Source: a virus. From it: a stretch of DNA of 58,406 nt. The notes beneath the pieces were generated by a model. That model was not told the DNA's origin, did not search any database, and saw only the letters and a list, made by a program, of their open reading frames with translations. The stretch lies in the IMG/VR virus record IMGVR_UViG_3300042196_000102, positions 1 to 58,406 of that record, one strand, 5' to 3'. How positions within the stretch are numbered: position 1 is the stretch's first letter; every line of letters begins with the position of its first letter. Shown here in pieces: positions 17,029 to 25,018 of this stretch. Position numbers and translations under genes: made by a program.

Positions 17029-18738
17029 TTACCTCCTCACCACCAGCCACCCGGCGATCCCGGCCACGATCCGGGAGTCCACTGGCAAGATCCCCCCGCT
17101 CAGGTTGGGGGCGCTCACGATGTACTCAACCCGCTGCCTAGACGTGATGGGGATACCATCCTCCAAGGGCATAGGCTCTCCCACGCTCCCAAGGCTCACC
17201 AGCACGTCCCCAAGGTACTGGGCATAGACCCGGTTCACCTTGAGGCGCCACTCCAGATCCCCATTCCCCTCCAGGAACCCCGGTCCTGTGTAGTGGTGGA
17301 AGAGGCCCCGGATGATCCCGTCATAGCCCACGGGGACCTCGTAGGCGAAGATGAGCACGTCCCCGGCGGCGGCCAAGGGGGTAGGTATACCTGCGGTACG
17401 GTAGAAAGGGATGGCCCCCTCCGGCATCTCCACGTACTTGAAGTAGTCCGACCGGGCGGTCACGCCACAACAAGCCGACAGGGGCGGTATCTTGCGGTGT
17501 ACGGGGGGGTCCTTCCACAAGCAGTGGTCCCAATAGTTAGGTACCAGCACCACCATGCGGCGTGTACCCGTGACTTCGCGGGCTACCTGTGCCCCCACCG
17601 GATCGGCCCACCTTGCAAATACCGCCGTGCAGAATACGTCCGACTCCAGGGATCCCGTGATACCCAGCGTGCCATCGGAGAGGGGGATGGCGAAGATGTT
17701 GTGCCAGGAGGACTCCTGCGTCCAGGCTGAGGTATTGTAGATGACCTGCTCAGCCCCATACCCAGCCCCGGTGTTGACCTGCCGGATGAGCAGGTTGGTA
17801 CCGAGGGGGGACAAGGCTTGGTAGGTCAGCCACCACACCTCCTCGTTAGTCCCCCGGATCACCACAAAGTAGTGAGTGAAGAGGCAGGAGCCGGGGGTGT
17901 AGGTGGAAGACAGGGCGGCCCCTTGCGCCCACGCGGGGGTGGCGGCATCGCCTGCACGGTACACGTAGAGGACCCCCGCTCCTGCTGCCCCGATCACGAC
18001 CGGCAAAAGCAACAGGGTCGTATTGGGATTCCACGCCCCCACCCCAACATTGCAGAATGGCAGGGCCACCCCGGTGGTCGCAAGGAAGGTGGAATTGGCC
18101 CCCAGTACCCCATTCAGATAAGACCGGTGGTACACAGCCGGGTCCCCGCCCGTCACGGCGTACCAGAAAATGTGAAGCCGGTTGTTGCCACTCTCAATTG
18201 AGGTCAGGATTTGGGGGTCCGTCCCGGCCACGGCCACGTCCACCTGGATGGCCACGCTCCAGGAGGTCGTGAAAGAGTACGTGGCGGCCCACAGGGTTGG
18301 GGCCACTAGGGTTGCATCCCGGAAACAGAAGTCAATATCCCCGTCTGTGCGGAGGTGGCCGTACACGGTGAAGTTGTTAGTCCCGTTGGCCGCTGGACCA
18401 CCCGCCACGATTGCCCCTGCCGTCTCCGTCACCAGATTGAAGGAGGTCAGGTTGATCTCCCCGGCCCCCCCGCCCCCAGTCGCCTGGTGGTAGAGGAAGT
18501 AGAGTATGTCGCCCTTGCGGACCACCGTGCAGGTGGCGCGGGCGATGTTTACTCCAAGGTTCTGCCACGCCGCCCCTACCAACCCATCCGTGCTCTTGAA
18601 GATATGGGACTGGCCGGAACCGGTTGACAGGACCGCAAACAAACTGCCCCCATACTCGTACACCGTCCACGCTTGGCGCCGCTCAAAGTCCCAGTTTTGG
18701 AACCCAGGGTCGATCTGGTAGGGGCCGGTGAAGGGCAC
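17029..18738 (-). CDS. Beta-propeller-like protein with a shared C-terminal domain, paralog 2
   Basis: 569 aa. It has a degenerate Asp-box, KSTDGLVGAAW. The C terminus reads PNYWDHCLW ... VGYDGIIRG ... GPGFLEGNGDLEWRLKVNR ... IAGWLVVRR. Confidence 0.75.
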   Translation of the reverse strand: MPFTGPYQIDPGFQNWDFERRQAWTVYEYGGSLFAVLSTGSGQSHIFKSTDGLVGAAWQNLGVNIARATCTVVRKGDILYFLYHQATGGGGAGEINLTSFNLVTETAGAIVAGGPAANGTNNFTVYGHLRTDGDIDFCFRDATLVAPTLWAATYSFTTSWSVAIQVDVAVAGTDPQILTSIESGNNRLHIFWYAVTGGDPAVYHRSYLNGVLGANSTFLATTGVALPFCNVGVGAWNPNTTLLLLPVVIGAAGAGVLYVYRAGDAATPAWAQGAALSSTYTPGSCLFTHYFVVIRGTNEEVWWLTYQALSPLGTNLLIRQVNTGAGYGAEQVIYNTSAWTQESSWHNIFAIPLSDGTLGITGSLESDVFCTAVFARWADPVGAQVAREVTGTRRMVVLVPNYWDHCLWKDPPVHRKIPPLSACCGVTARSDYFKYVEMPEGAIPFYRTAGIPTPLAAAGDVLIFAYEVPVGYDGIIRGLFHHYTGPGFLEGNGDLEWRLKVNRVYAQYLGDVLVSLGSVGEPMPLEDGIPITSRQRVEYIVSAPNLSGGILPVDSRIVAGIAGWLVVRR

Positions 18739-19023
18739 TCAGCACACCTCCCCGATGGACTCCCCAGCAGCGTGGGCAATGGGTGTGGTACCTTGGTAGC
18801 CCCGTTTGGCCCGCAAGTAGCGGCAGGACCCCCAGTAAGGCCGGATGACCTCTTTGCCGATCCGCAGCAGGAACTCCTTGCCTTGGGGGGGCTGGCCTGT
18901 ACGGGCGGGGAGGCGCTGGTGGTCCGGGATCAGGTGCGGGTCGAAGTAGTCCTCAAGCCGCAGCAACTCGTCGGTGGGGAAGACGGGTAAGGCGAGGGTG
19001 GTCTTGTATGGCAACTCACTCAT
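18739..19023 (-). CDS. Hypothetical protein (94 aa) preceding propeller paralog 2
   Basis: It abuts the downstream gene with no gap. No motif recognised. Confidence 0.55.
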   Translation of the reverse strand: MSELPYKTTLALPVFPTDELLRLEDYFDPHLIPDHQRLPARTGQPPQGKEFLLRIGKEVIRPYWGSCRYLRAKRGYQGTTPIAHAAGESIGEVC

Positions 19024-19029
19024 CCGTCC

Positions 19030-19611
19030 TCATTCTTTACATTGTCTTTTCATGATTGCATGAAACTTTATACGTCTGGCTACCTTGTCGTACAGAGACA
19101 GTAGAGCGCTGTTTGTCTTTTTCTGCTGCGGATTAGTGAATGCGCGTAATATGTAAATACATCTCTCCAGCTCCATCAGTGTAGGCCAAGTGTGTGGCTC
19201 CACGATCCAATCGTCTGCACCAGCTATTAAATCATGAAACTCATGGTCTTCATAGAGCGCCAACAACCGCACATGTAACTGGTATGCACCACCAACAAAA
19301 ATAAAGCTAAAGCATTTGCCGCAACAACTGGAACAGCCGCCATATTGACCTAGACTCAACATTATGGCTGGTCTGCCGCATCGACAGGTAAGAAGCTGCT
19401 TGCCTTGTTCTTCTGTGCAGCCAGTTAGCCTACGCAGGGCTAGTATCTCGTTGTGTCTCTCATGCTCGGCAAAATGGGCACTATACTCGTCCCATCGCGC
19501 CCTCTCCTCGTCCGTCCAAGATAGCACCGTTGGTGGAGCGTGATATTCTGCAAGTTTCTCGTGTTCCGGCATCACAAACACGTCTCTTGGTAGATTCATG
19601 GTCTTGGCCAA
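19030..19611 (-). CDS. Hypothetical Cys-rich protein on a low-GC islet (moron-like)
   Basis: 193 aa. It is markedly AT-richer than its flanks and has the cysteine cluster CRCG...GGCSSCCGKC. Confidence 0.6.
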   Translation of the reverse strand: MAKTMNLPRDVFVMPEHEKLAEYHAPPTVLSWTDEERARWDEYSAHFAEHERHNEILALRRLTGCTEEQGKQLLTCRCGRPAIMLSLGQYGGCSSCCGKCFSFIFVGGAYQLHVRLLALYEDHEFHDLIAGADDWIVEPHTWPTLMELERCIYILRAFTNPQQKKTNSALLSLYDKVARRIKFHAIMKRQCKE

Positions 19612-20258
19612 AACCAGCCGCTAATCGCGCATAGGATACGGCCATTGGGGTCAAGGTGTGCTGCCGCCAGTGGCCCCAAGTTCACCAAGTACTGAATCGT
19701 CTGGTGCGAGAAAATCTGTACCCCCCCGCTCCGCATCTGGCAAGGGGAGGTCAAGTCCCCCAAGCTGGTCAGGATGTTGCCGAAGTCGTAGGCAAACCGC
19801 CGGGACAGCCTGACCCGCCAAGCCAAGTCCCCGCTCCCCTCCACAAACCCCACCCCCAAGAACCGGTTCACCAGTGCCTTGATGATTCCGTCGTACCCGA
19901 CCGGCACCTGGAAGTTTATCACCACATTGTCCACCCCCACGTTGCCGGGTAGGGCGATGGTGTTGATGTATTGGAACCGGCGCCCTTGTGGGGGCATGAC
20001 GTTCCAGGGTGGCACCTCATACCTTGGCCCCTCCACCCGCCTGCACGTCTCCGCCAGCCCCCCACAGCACTGGATGGCCCACCACAGCTCGGCCTCCTGG
20101 TACAAGCACCGGTCCCACATGTTGGGAGGGTGGTGGGAGATGCACGGGTCCTTGGCGTAGTCGATCAGGGATTGGGGCGAGAGGGCCACCTGCCGGGAGG
20201 CCGGGAGCTGGAGGACCGGGTTGAAGAGGGGATTCGGGAGTGGGATGGGGTTGGTCAC
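19596..20258 (-). CDS. Stand-alone copy of the shared C-terminal domain, paralog 3
   Basis: 220 aa from GTG 20258, directly after the upstream TAA. It reads PNMWDRCLY ... VGYDGIIKA ... GVGFVEGSGDLAWRVRLSRR ... ISGWFWPRP. The track start at 20600 lies inside the upstream gene. Confidence 0.65.
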   Translation of the reverse strand: MTNPIPLPNPLFNPVLQLPASRQVALSPQSLIDYAKDPCISHHPPNMWDRCLYQEAELWWAIQCCGGLAETCRRVEGPRYEVPPWNVMPPQGRRFQYINTIALPGNVGVDNVVINFQVPVGYDGIIKALVNRFLGVGFVEGSGDLAWRVRLSRRFAYDFGNILTSLGDLTSPCQMRSGGVQIFSHQTIQYLVNLGPLAAAHLDPNGRILCAISGWFWPRP

Positions 20259-20260
20259 GT

Positions 20261-20818
20261 TTACCTTTGCTCTGGTATGTACCTCTCGCACGGCTCCGCC
20301 GTGAAGATAATCACCTGGCACCTCAAGGCCAGTGCCGAGTCGTTGGCCAACTCCACCGCCAGCAGCCCCGGCTCCAGAACCAAACGGGGCTGTGTAAGGA
20401 GGTGTGGGTGCATGGCATTCCTCTGATCCGTAGCCACATTCTGCAATGTCTGGGCCGCCGTCCCCCTTACAAAGTCCGAGAAGTAAGTCAGGCCGTTGCA
20501 GGAGTCGGTGATCTGCACAAACAGGTTGGTGGCCTGGATGACCGCCCACCCTTGGGCTTCCCCCTCCGCCAGCGAGTACTGGTTGGCCAGCAGGCCCCAC
20601 ACGTAGGAGTTGGGGGTCACACGCACCTGGTACTCCACCGTCCCGTAGGCCGGGATGGGCTGGTTGAAGTCGTCTGGCAGGCAGTAGAACTTGGGGCGGA
20701 AGGTGTTGGCCCGCCGGAGCACGTCCATTCCGGCCAAGGCAAGGGGCATGTACCAGTAGGGCCTAGGCCGGATGGCCGGGTTGTAGATGAAAGCGTCGAT
20801 GGGCGGTTGGAGTCTCAT
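20261..20818 (-). CDS. Jelly-roll-like family member (185 aa)
   Basis: ATG 20818 lies just after the upstream stop. The C-terminal strands PRLVLEPGLLAVELAND...RCQVIIFTAEP resemble those of the neighbouring paralogs. Confidence 0.55.
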   Translation of the reverse strand: MRLQPPIDAFIYNPAIRPRPYWYMPLALAGMDVLRRANTFRPKFYCLPDDFNQPIPAYGTVEYQVRVTPNSYVWGLLANQYSLAEGEAQGWAVIQATNLFVQITDSCNGLTYFSDFVRGTAAQTLQNVATDQRNAMHPHLLTQPRLVLEPGLLAVELANDSALALRCQVIIFTAEPCERYIPEQR

Positions 20819-20820
20819 TC

Positions 20821-21129
20821 CTAGCCCCTCCTTACCAACAGAAGCAGCCCAATAACAACCATGGCTGCAATAACCCACGTGGGGAACGTGGGGACCGGCC
20901 AAGTCGGGCCGGTAGTTACAGTTATACACTGGAATGCATCCGGGTTGGCTGCACAAAAAGCCGCTTGTCTCTCATAGAAACCAGTGGCTTCCCCGCAGCT
21001 CCGGCGGCAGTAGTTTACTTGGGTATATGGTACAGGCATTGCCTCGCAGACGGCTTGGCAGGATTTGAAGCCCTCATCGGTTTTAGGGTAACTGGTGAAG
21101 TCCACCACCTGTCCAATACCTATCTGCAC
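20821..21129 (-). CDS. Cys-rich tail-anchored membrane protein (102 aa)
   Basis: Six Cys lie in the N-terminal ~70 aa. The C-terminal TM helix WVIAAMVVIGLLLLV is followed by RRG. Confidence 0.6.
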   Translation of the reverse strand: MQIGIGQVVDFTSYPKTDEGFKSCQAVCEAMPVPYTQVNYCRRSCGEATGFYERQAAFCAANPDAFQCITVTTGPTWPVPTFPTWVIAAMVVIGLLLLVRRG

Positions 21130-22001
21130 GGCACCCTCCTCACCCCCTGAAACACGATCTGGTACACGGAGTTGAGCATGTTCACCGTCAGCAAACTGGT
21201 GACCTCAAACTGGATCACGCTCCCTCTCCGGTACAGCACACCCGGAACCGGAAAAGTACCATTGTAAGGGTGTGTGGTTGCGTCCGCCGCGTCATTCAGG
21301 ATCACGTCCAGCACCGGAGCACTCATCAGTGGCCGGGGGTAGGTGTCGTACAACATGAGCTTGATCTCGTTGGCAGGAACGCCAAAGTTGTTCACCCCGG
21401 CCCGCTGCAACCTCATCAGTGTAACCCGTTGCAGCTCGAAGTCCATCTCGTCCACCGGCACAATGAACTTCCGAGGTAAGGTGTCCGTGCCAGCCCAGTT
21501 GACCGTGAACTGCGTGGCAGCTTGGTCCCCGTAGCTGAAACCCTTCTCCCAATACTTGTACGAGGAAGGGCCAGGGTAGGCCGTGGCACCGGGGGCAGAC
21601 CCACTGAGGGGCCACCTTCTCACCCCCTGGAAGGCCATCTGCGCAAAGAAGATGGTGACGGCCAAGTTGACCCGGTTCGCACGGGCCACAGTGAACAGGT
21701 CCAAGCCCAATATTCCCTCGGGCTGGATCACTCTCTCGGGGATGATGGGGTACGTGTTGGGCAGGACCACGCCGGCGGAGGCCCCAGTGAAGGGGGCGTA
21801 GTCGTCTTTAATCTGCACCCGGGCACACAGGTTGTTGCGCCCGTAGATTTGACGGAGCACGAAGGCGGCACCGTCGCGGGGGACCACGGCGGGGACGTTG
21901 GAGTAGTTGTTGCCATCCGTCAGGGCGTCCCCGTCGTACACGTACACGTATGGCTGATCGTAGAAGCCTTCCGGGGTCCGGTACTTCTGATCAAGTTTCA
22001 C
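21120..22001 (-). CDS. Tandem-duplicated jelly-roll-like protein (candidate double-jelly-roll capsid protein)
   Basis: 293 aa from GTG 22001, after a GGAAAGAGGCAAGG SD. The two halves each contain D-x-x-F-x-L-(R/Q) and each end in FQGVRRWP or FQGVRRVP. Each half aligns by eye with the 144-aa protein at 23719-24153. Confidence 0.5.
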   Translation of the reverse strand: MKLDQKYRTPEGFYDQPYVYVYDGDALTDGNNYSNVPAVVPRDGAAFVLRQIYGRNNLCARVQIKDDYAPFTGASAGVVLPNTYPIIPERVIQPEGILGLDLFTVARANRVNLAVTIFFAQMAFQGVRRWPLSGSAPGATAYPGPSSYKYWEKGFSYGDQAATQFTVNWAGTDTLPRKFIVPVDEMDFELQRVTLMRLQRAGVNNFGVPANEIKLMLYDTYPRPLMSAPVLDVILNDAADATTHPYNGTFPVPGVLYRRGSVIQFEVTSLLTVNMLNSVYQIVFQGVRRVPCR

Positions 22002-22017
22002 CCTTGCCTCTTTCCTA

Positions 22018-23358
22018 TTACTTGCCCGCCCACGCCCCCGCCGCCTCGCACACGTACAGGCTAGTCCCGGCCCCACCACCATGATTGAGGTAAATGGCCC
22101 CTAGGTTGGTGGCTGTACACAACCCCCCTGCTGGCACCCCAGTCCCTGTCAGGATCTCGGCCTCGCTGGAAAGCCGGATGTCGGCATTGTTGAATGAGTT
22201 CAACTCAGTGGCCCCGGAGCAGACGCCCATGGCGCAGGTGTAGTAAAGATCCAAGCCGTAGTTGAAACCGTGGCCGGCTCCAGTAGTCCGGTCGATCACC
22301 CGAAATCCGGCCCCAATCGGGTTGACCCGCACATTGTCCGTGGTCACGTAGGCGATCACGGCGGCATCGGCGGCGGTGTTGTTGTCGAAGATGGCCCCCA
22401 TGACAGCGCTTGGGTGGTTGGTGACGTTCTGCACTCCCACCCCGTCATTGAGCACACCCAGCACCCCCGTAGCAAATACTCCACCCGCTGCGGCGGTGGC
22501 AGGGGCCACAACATCCAGTTCCCCAACCACGCCATACATCTGCACGGCAGTTCCGGTAAGGTGGCTGGCTACGAAGTTGCCTCCAAACAGTTCCGTGACG
22601 CTGACCGAACCGGCCCCGGTTGTGGCAATACTTTGCGTGCCCACCAGGAACGTACCGGCGCCACCTGTTGAGGTAACCCGGAAGTCCGCCCCCTTGAGAC
22701 TAGTCAGGGTCCCGTAACTCCCTGTCCCTCGCGCCCCGATCACCTGTTGCGATCCCGTCAGCGTGGTCATTACCACCGGGGCTGCGGCGCTGCCGATGTT
22801 GACCGGCCCCGAGTTGCCGAACACGGAGGATCCGGTACCCCCCACGATATTAAGGAAGGGGAAAGCCGCATTGAGGTTGTCCACACTCAGGCTGATCTCG
22901 GCAGCCGCGCTGAAGGGGACGCCAGCCGGTGGCCAGTTGGTAGTGGCCCCGCCCTGATCACTGAAGGTTGTCCCGGCTTGGTTGGCCGCGACCACGCAAC
23001 TGGTGCATGTACCAGCTTGCGGGAATTGAGGTTGGGCTTGCCGTATCACGTAGTAGCCAGTTGCCGCCGACGCAGGTTGCCACGACAGCACCACGAACTG
23101 AGTCCCGCTCAAGTTAGCAATCCCGACCGTGTTGACCACATGCACAGGTCCAGCGGGCAGGCTCAACCCCGAGGGGTAGCGGGCTGCAATCCAGTAGTAC
23201 AAAGTGATGCTGCCTGGATTGCCGGACACCGAACCAGTAGCTCCTTTGACTAGCGCGGGGGCACCTGCGGTAAAAGTCACACTGGAGGCCCGTACCTGCT
23301 GGGCATGTAGGGCAACCGGAAATGTTGCCAGAATCAGTAATACCAAAAGCCGTTTCAT
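22018..23358 (-). CDS. Secreted FN3 plus Gly-rich beta-helix-like protein (spike candidate)
   Basis: 446 aa with signal peptide MKRLLVLLILATFPVALHAQQ. The FN3-like motif is VVLSWQPASAATGYYVIRQ. A long Gly/Thr/Val-rich repetitive region follows. Confidence 0.65.
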   Translation of the reverse strand: MKRLLVLLILATFPVALHAQQVRASSVTFTAGAPALVKGATGSVSGNPGSITLYYWIAARYPSGLSLPAGPVHVVNTVGIANLSGTQFVVLSWQPASAATGYYVIRQAQPQFPQAGTCTSCVVAANQAGTTFSDQGGATTNWPPAGVPFSAAAEISLSVDNLNAAFPFLNIVGGTGSSVFGNSGPVNIGSAAAPVVMTTLTGSQQVIGARGTGSYGTLTSLKGADFRVTSTGGAGTFLVGTQSIATTGAGSVSVTELFGGNFVASHLTGTAVQMYGVVGELDVVAPATAAAGGVFATGVLGVLNDGVGVQNVTNHPSAVMGAIFDNNTAADAAVIAYVTTDNVRVNPIGAGFRVIDRTTGAGHGFNYGLDLYYTCAMGVCSGATELNSFNNADIRLSSEAEILTGTGVPAGGLCTATNLGAIYLNHGGGAGTSLYVCEAAGAWAGK

Positions 23359-23714
23359 TTGCGTTCCTTCTCCTTCTCAGGGGGCTTGGCCGGTTCCTTC
23401 ACCGGCACCCCATTCGATTCCCCCTTGACAGGGGGGCACACAAACTGGAGGGCGTTGTTCAGTTGGCACCCTCCCTGATCGTACTTCACTTTCAACTCCT
23501 CCACCAGCTTGCCCAGTGCGTCCTGGGAGGCACGGAGGTTCAGTTGGGCCTGCAACAATTCCACGTTGTACTGCTGGATGGAGAGCTGGGCTTCCCGGAC
23601 CCGCAGGCGGTCCTCTGGCGCTAGGTCGATGGAAGTTTGCCCATGGAGACGGATTGCCGCCAAGACCAGTCCCAGGACAAGCCCAATCAACGCCAGTGTG
23701 CCCAATGCCCGCAT
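23355..23714 (-). CDS. Signal-anchored coiled-coil protein (119 aa)
   Basis: ATG 23714 gives MRALGTLALIGLVLGLVLAAI, followed by a coiled coil (QLSIQQYNVELLQAQLNLRASQ). The track start at 23879 overlaps the upstream gene. Confidence 0.55.
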   Translation of the reverse strand: MRALGTLALIGLVLGLVLAAIRLHGQTSIDLAPEDRLRVREAQLSIQQYNVELLQAQLNLRASQDALGKLVEELKVKYDQGGCQLNNALQFVCPPVKGESNGVPVKEPAKPPEKEKERK

Positions 23715-23718
23715 GGTC

Positions 23719-24153
23719 CTACCTTTGCGGCCTCGGTAAGTGATACCGCTTGGCCCCCCGGAACAGAATCTGGATCGTGTTCCCGGCATTCGACAAATCC
23801 TGGATCTCAATCCCCAACCTCGATCCAGCGGGCAGCAACAACTCTGGGAAGATGGGGTACGGGTAGGGCACGGCCCCACTCAGGAAGTTGCCAGACAGAA
23901 TGAACCCGCTTGACAAGTAGTACCCTTGCGAGTCCGAAAACCTGATACTGAACGCCCCGGTGTTCTGGGACAGAATGACGGCGCGGAGGGCAAAGTCACT
24001 GTCCACGTGGATTGGGACGGCCTGGTCCCTCAACTGTTGCAGGGCGGTGAGGGTGATGTCGTAGACGTAGGTGAAGTCCACATCAATGTATCCCTCGGGG
24101 AACTGCTCCGCCGCATTTACCCCTGCCAAGACCGGGGTGGCGAATGGATTCAT
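23719..24153 (-). CDS. Single jelly-roll-like protein (candidate penton/vertex protein)
   Basis: 144 aa. DSDFALRAV, YPIFPELLLPAGSRLGIEI and ILFRGAKRY match the motifs of each half of 21120-22001. Confidence 0.5.
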   Translation of the reverse strand: MNPFATPVLAGVNAAEQFPEGYIDVDFTYVYDITLTALQQLRDQAVPIHVDSDFALRAVILSQNTGAFSIRFSDSQGYYLSSGFILSGNFLSGAVPYPYPIFPELLLPAGSRLGIEIQDLSNAGNTIQILFRGAKRYHLPRPQR

Positions 24154-24321
24154 GACTCAATCCTCCTTTACCCTTACCTCTTACGATTGCGAAAAAGGCC
24201 CCCGCCCCGCCCTGGAAAAGCAAGGCGGGAGCACCATAAGTGGAGGCTGCACACTACTCCGAAGAAGCTCTTGCCAAACCCTGACCCGTCAGCCTCCCGC
24301 CAAGCCAGGGCCGCCCGCAGG

Positions 24322-24981
24322 CTATTGGATGCCCCGAGCGTGGAGACCGTCGAGCAGGCACATCAGTGCCAGTCCGGTCCCCAAGGTTTGCCCACCAGCC
24401 GCCACCAGCGTGTAGGCATTCCCCGTCAACTGTGCGTAGAACTCCATCTGGTTCTCAATCACGATGGGGATGGCCAGCCGGTGCATGTGATCCCGGCCCG
24501 GCACCCCGTTGGTGTACAGGGCGATGGCGGGGATGGCCGCGATGGTGAAGGCGTTCAGCCCGCCGCCGGCGTTGTAGTGCCAGAGAGGGCCGGTGTTGTA
24601 GGCTTTCTGCCCCAGGAACAACTGGAAGGCAAAGCCCCAGAGGATGGCCAGGATATCGGCCAACACGATGTTTTCCTCCCAAGCCAGCCGGATGGCGAAG
24701 GCCGAGAAAGCCTCGGGAGCCGGGAGCCGGCGCGACTGGGTGAGGTTGGTCTGAGCGAGGGTCTTGCCACTTGCAGGCCCCACGTTGGTGAAGAAGGCGG
24801 TCGAGAGGGCAGTCACCTGGGCGCCCGCCGCCAGCGTCACAGTGTCATACAGAGGCTCGTGTTGGATGTCCATTTGCCCCTGGATGTACACTTGGCTCTG
24901 GAAGGCGTCCAGGATCATCACCTGCTGCGGCGTAAGCTGACTGGCCAGCGCCGCTCTCTGTGCTGCGTAATTCTGGGTCAT
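24322..24981 (-). CDS. Hypothetical structural protein (219 aa, probable jelly-roll-like family member)
   Basis: EAFSAFAIRLAW, IPIVIENQMEFYAQL and LLDGLHARGIQ echo the family motifs. It is followed by the 168-bp non-coding gap 24154-24321, which has GC-rich hairpin potential and a T5 run. Confidence 0.45.
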   Translation of the reverse strand: MTQNYAAQRAALASQLTPQQVMILDAFQSQVYIQGQMDIQHEPLYDTVTLAAGAQVTALSTAFFTNVGPASGKTLAQTNLTQSRRLPAPEAFSAFAIRLAWEENIVLADILAILWGFAFQLFLGQKAYNTGPLWHYNAGGGLNAFTIAAIPAIALYTNGVPGRDHMHRLAIPIVIENQMEFYAQLTGNAYTLVAAGGQTLGTGLALMCLLDGLHARGIQ

Positions 24982-25018
24982 GGTCTGTCAATTCTCCTTT
25001 CGAGAGTTTCGGGTGCCC

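Noticed and set aside
24154-24321. Terminator after the 219-aa structural gene (CCCGCC-N12-GGCGGG followed by a T5 run on the minus strand)
   Set aside because: The stem is only 6-7 bp and the T run lies 9 nt from the stem. It is plausible but too weak to annotate without folding energies or RNA 3'-end data.
24322-24981. GPASGKT in the 219-aa protein as a Walker A / packaging-ATPase P-loop
   Set aside because: The spacing is G-x3-GKT, not [AG]-x4-GK[ST]. No Walker B follows, and the protein is too small and beta-rich for an ATPase.
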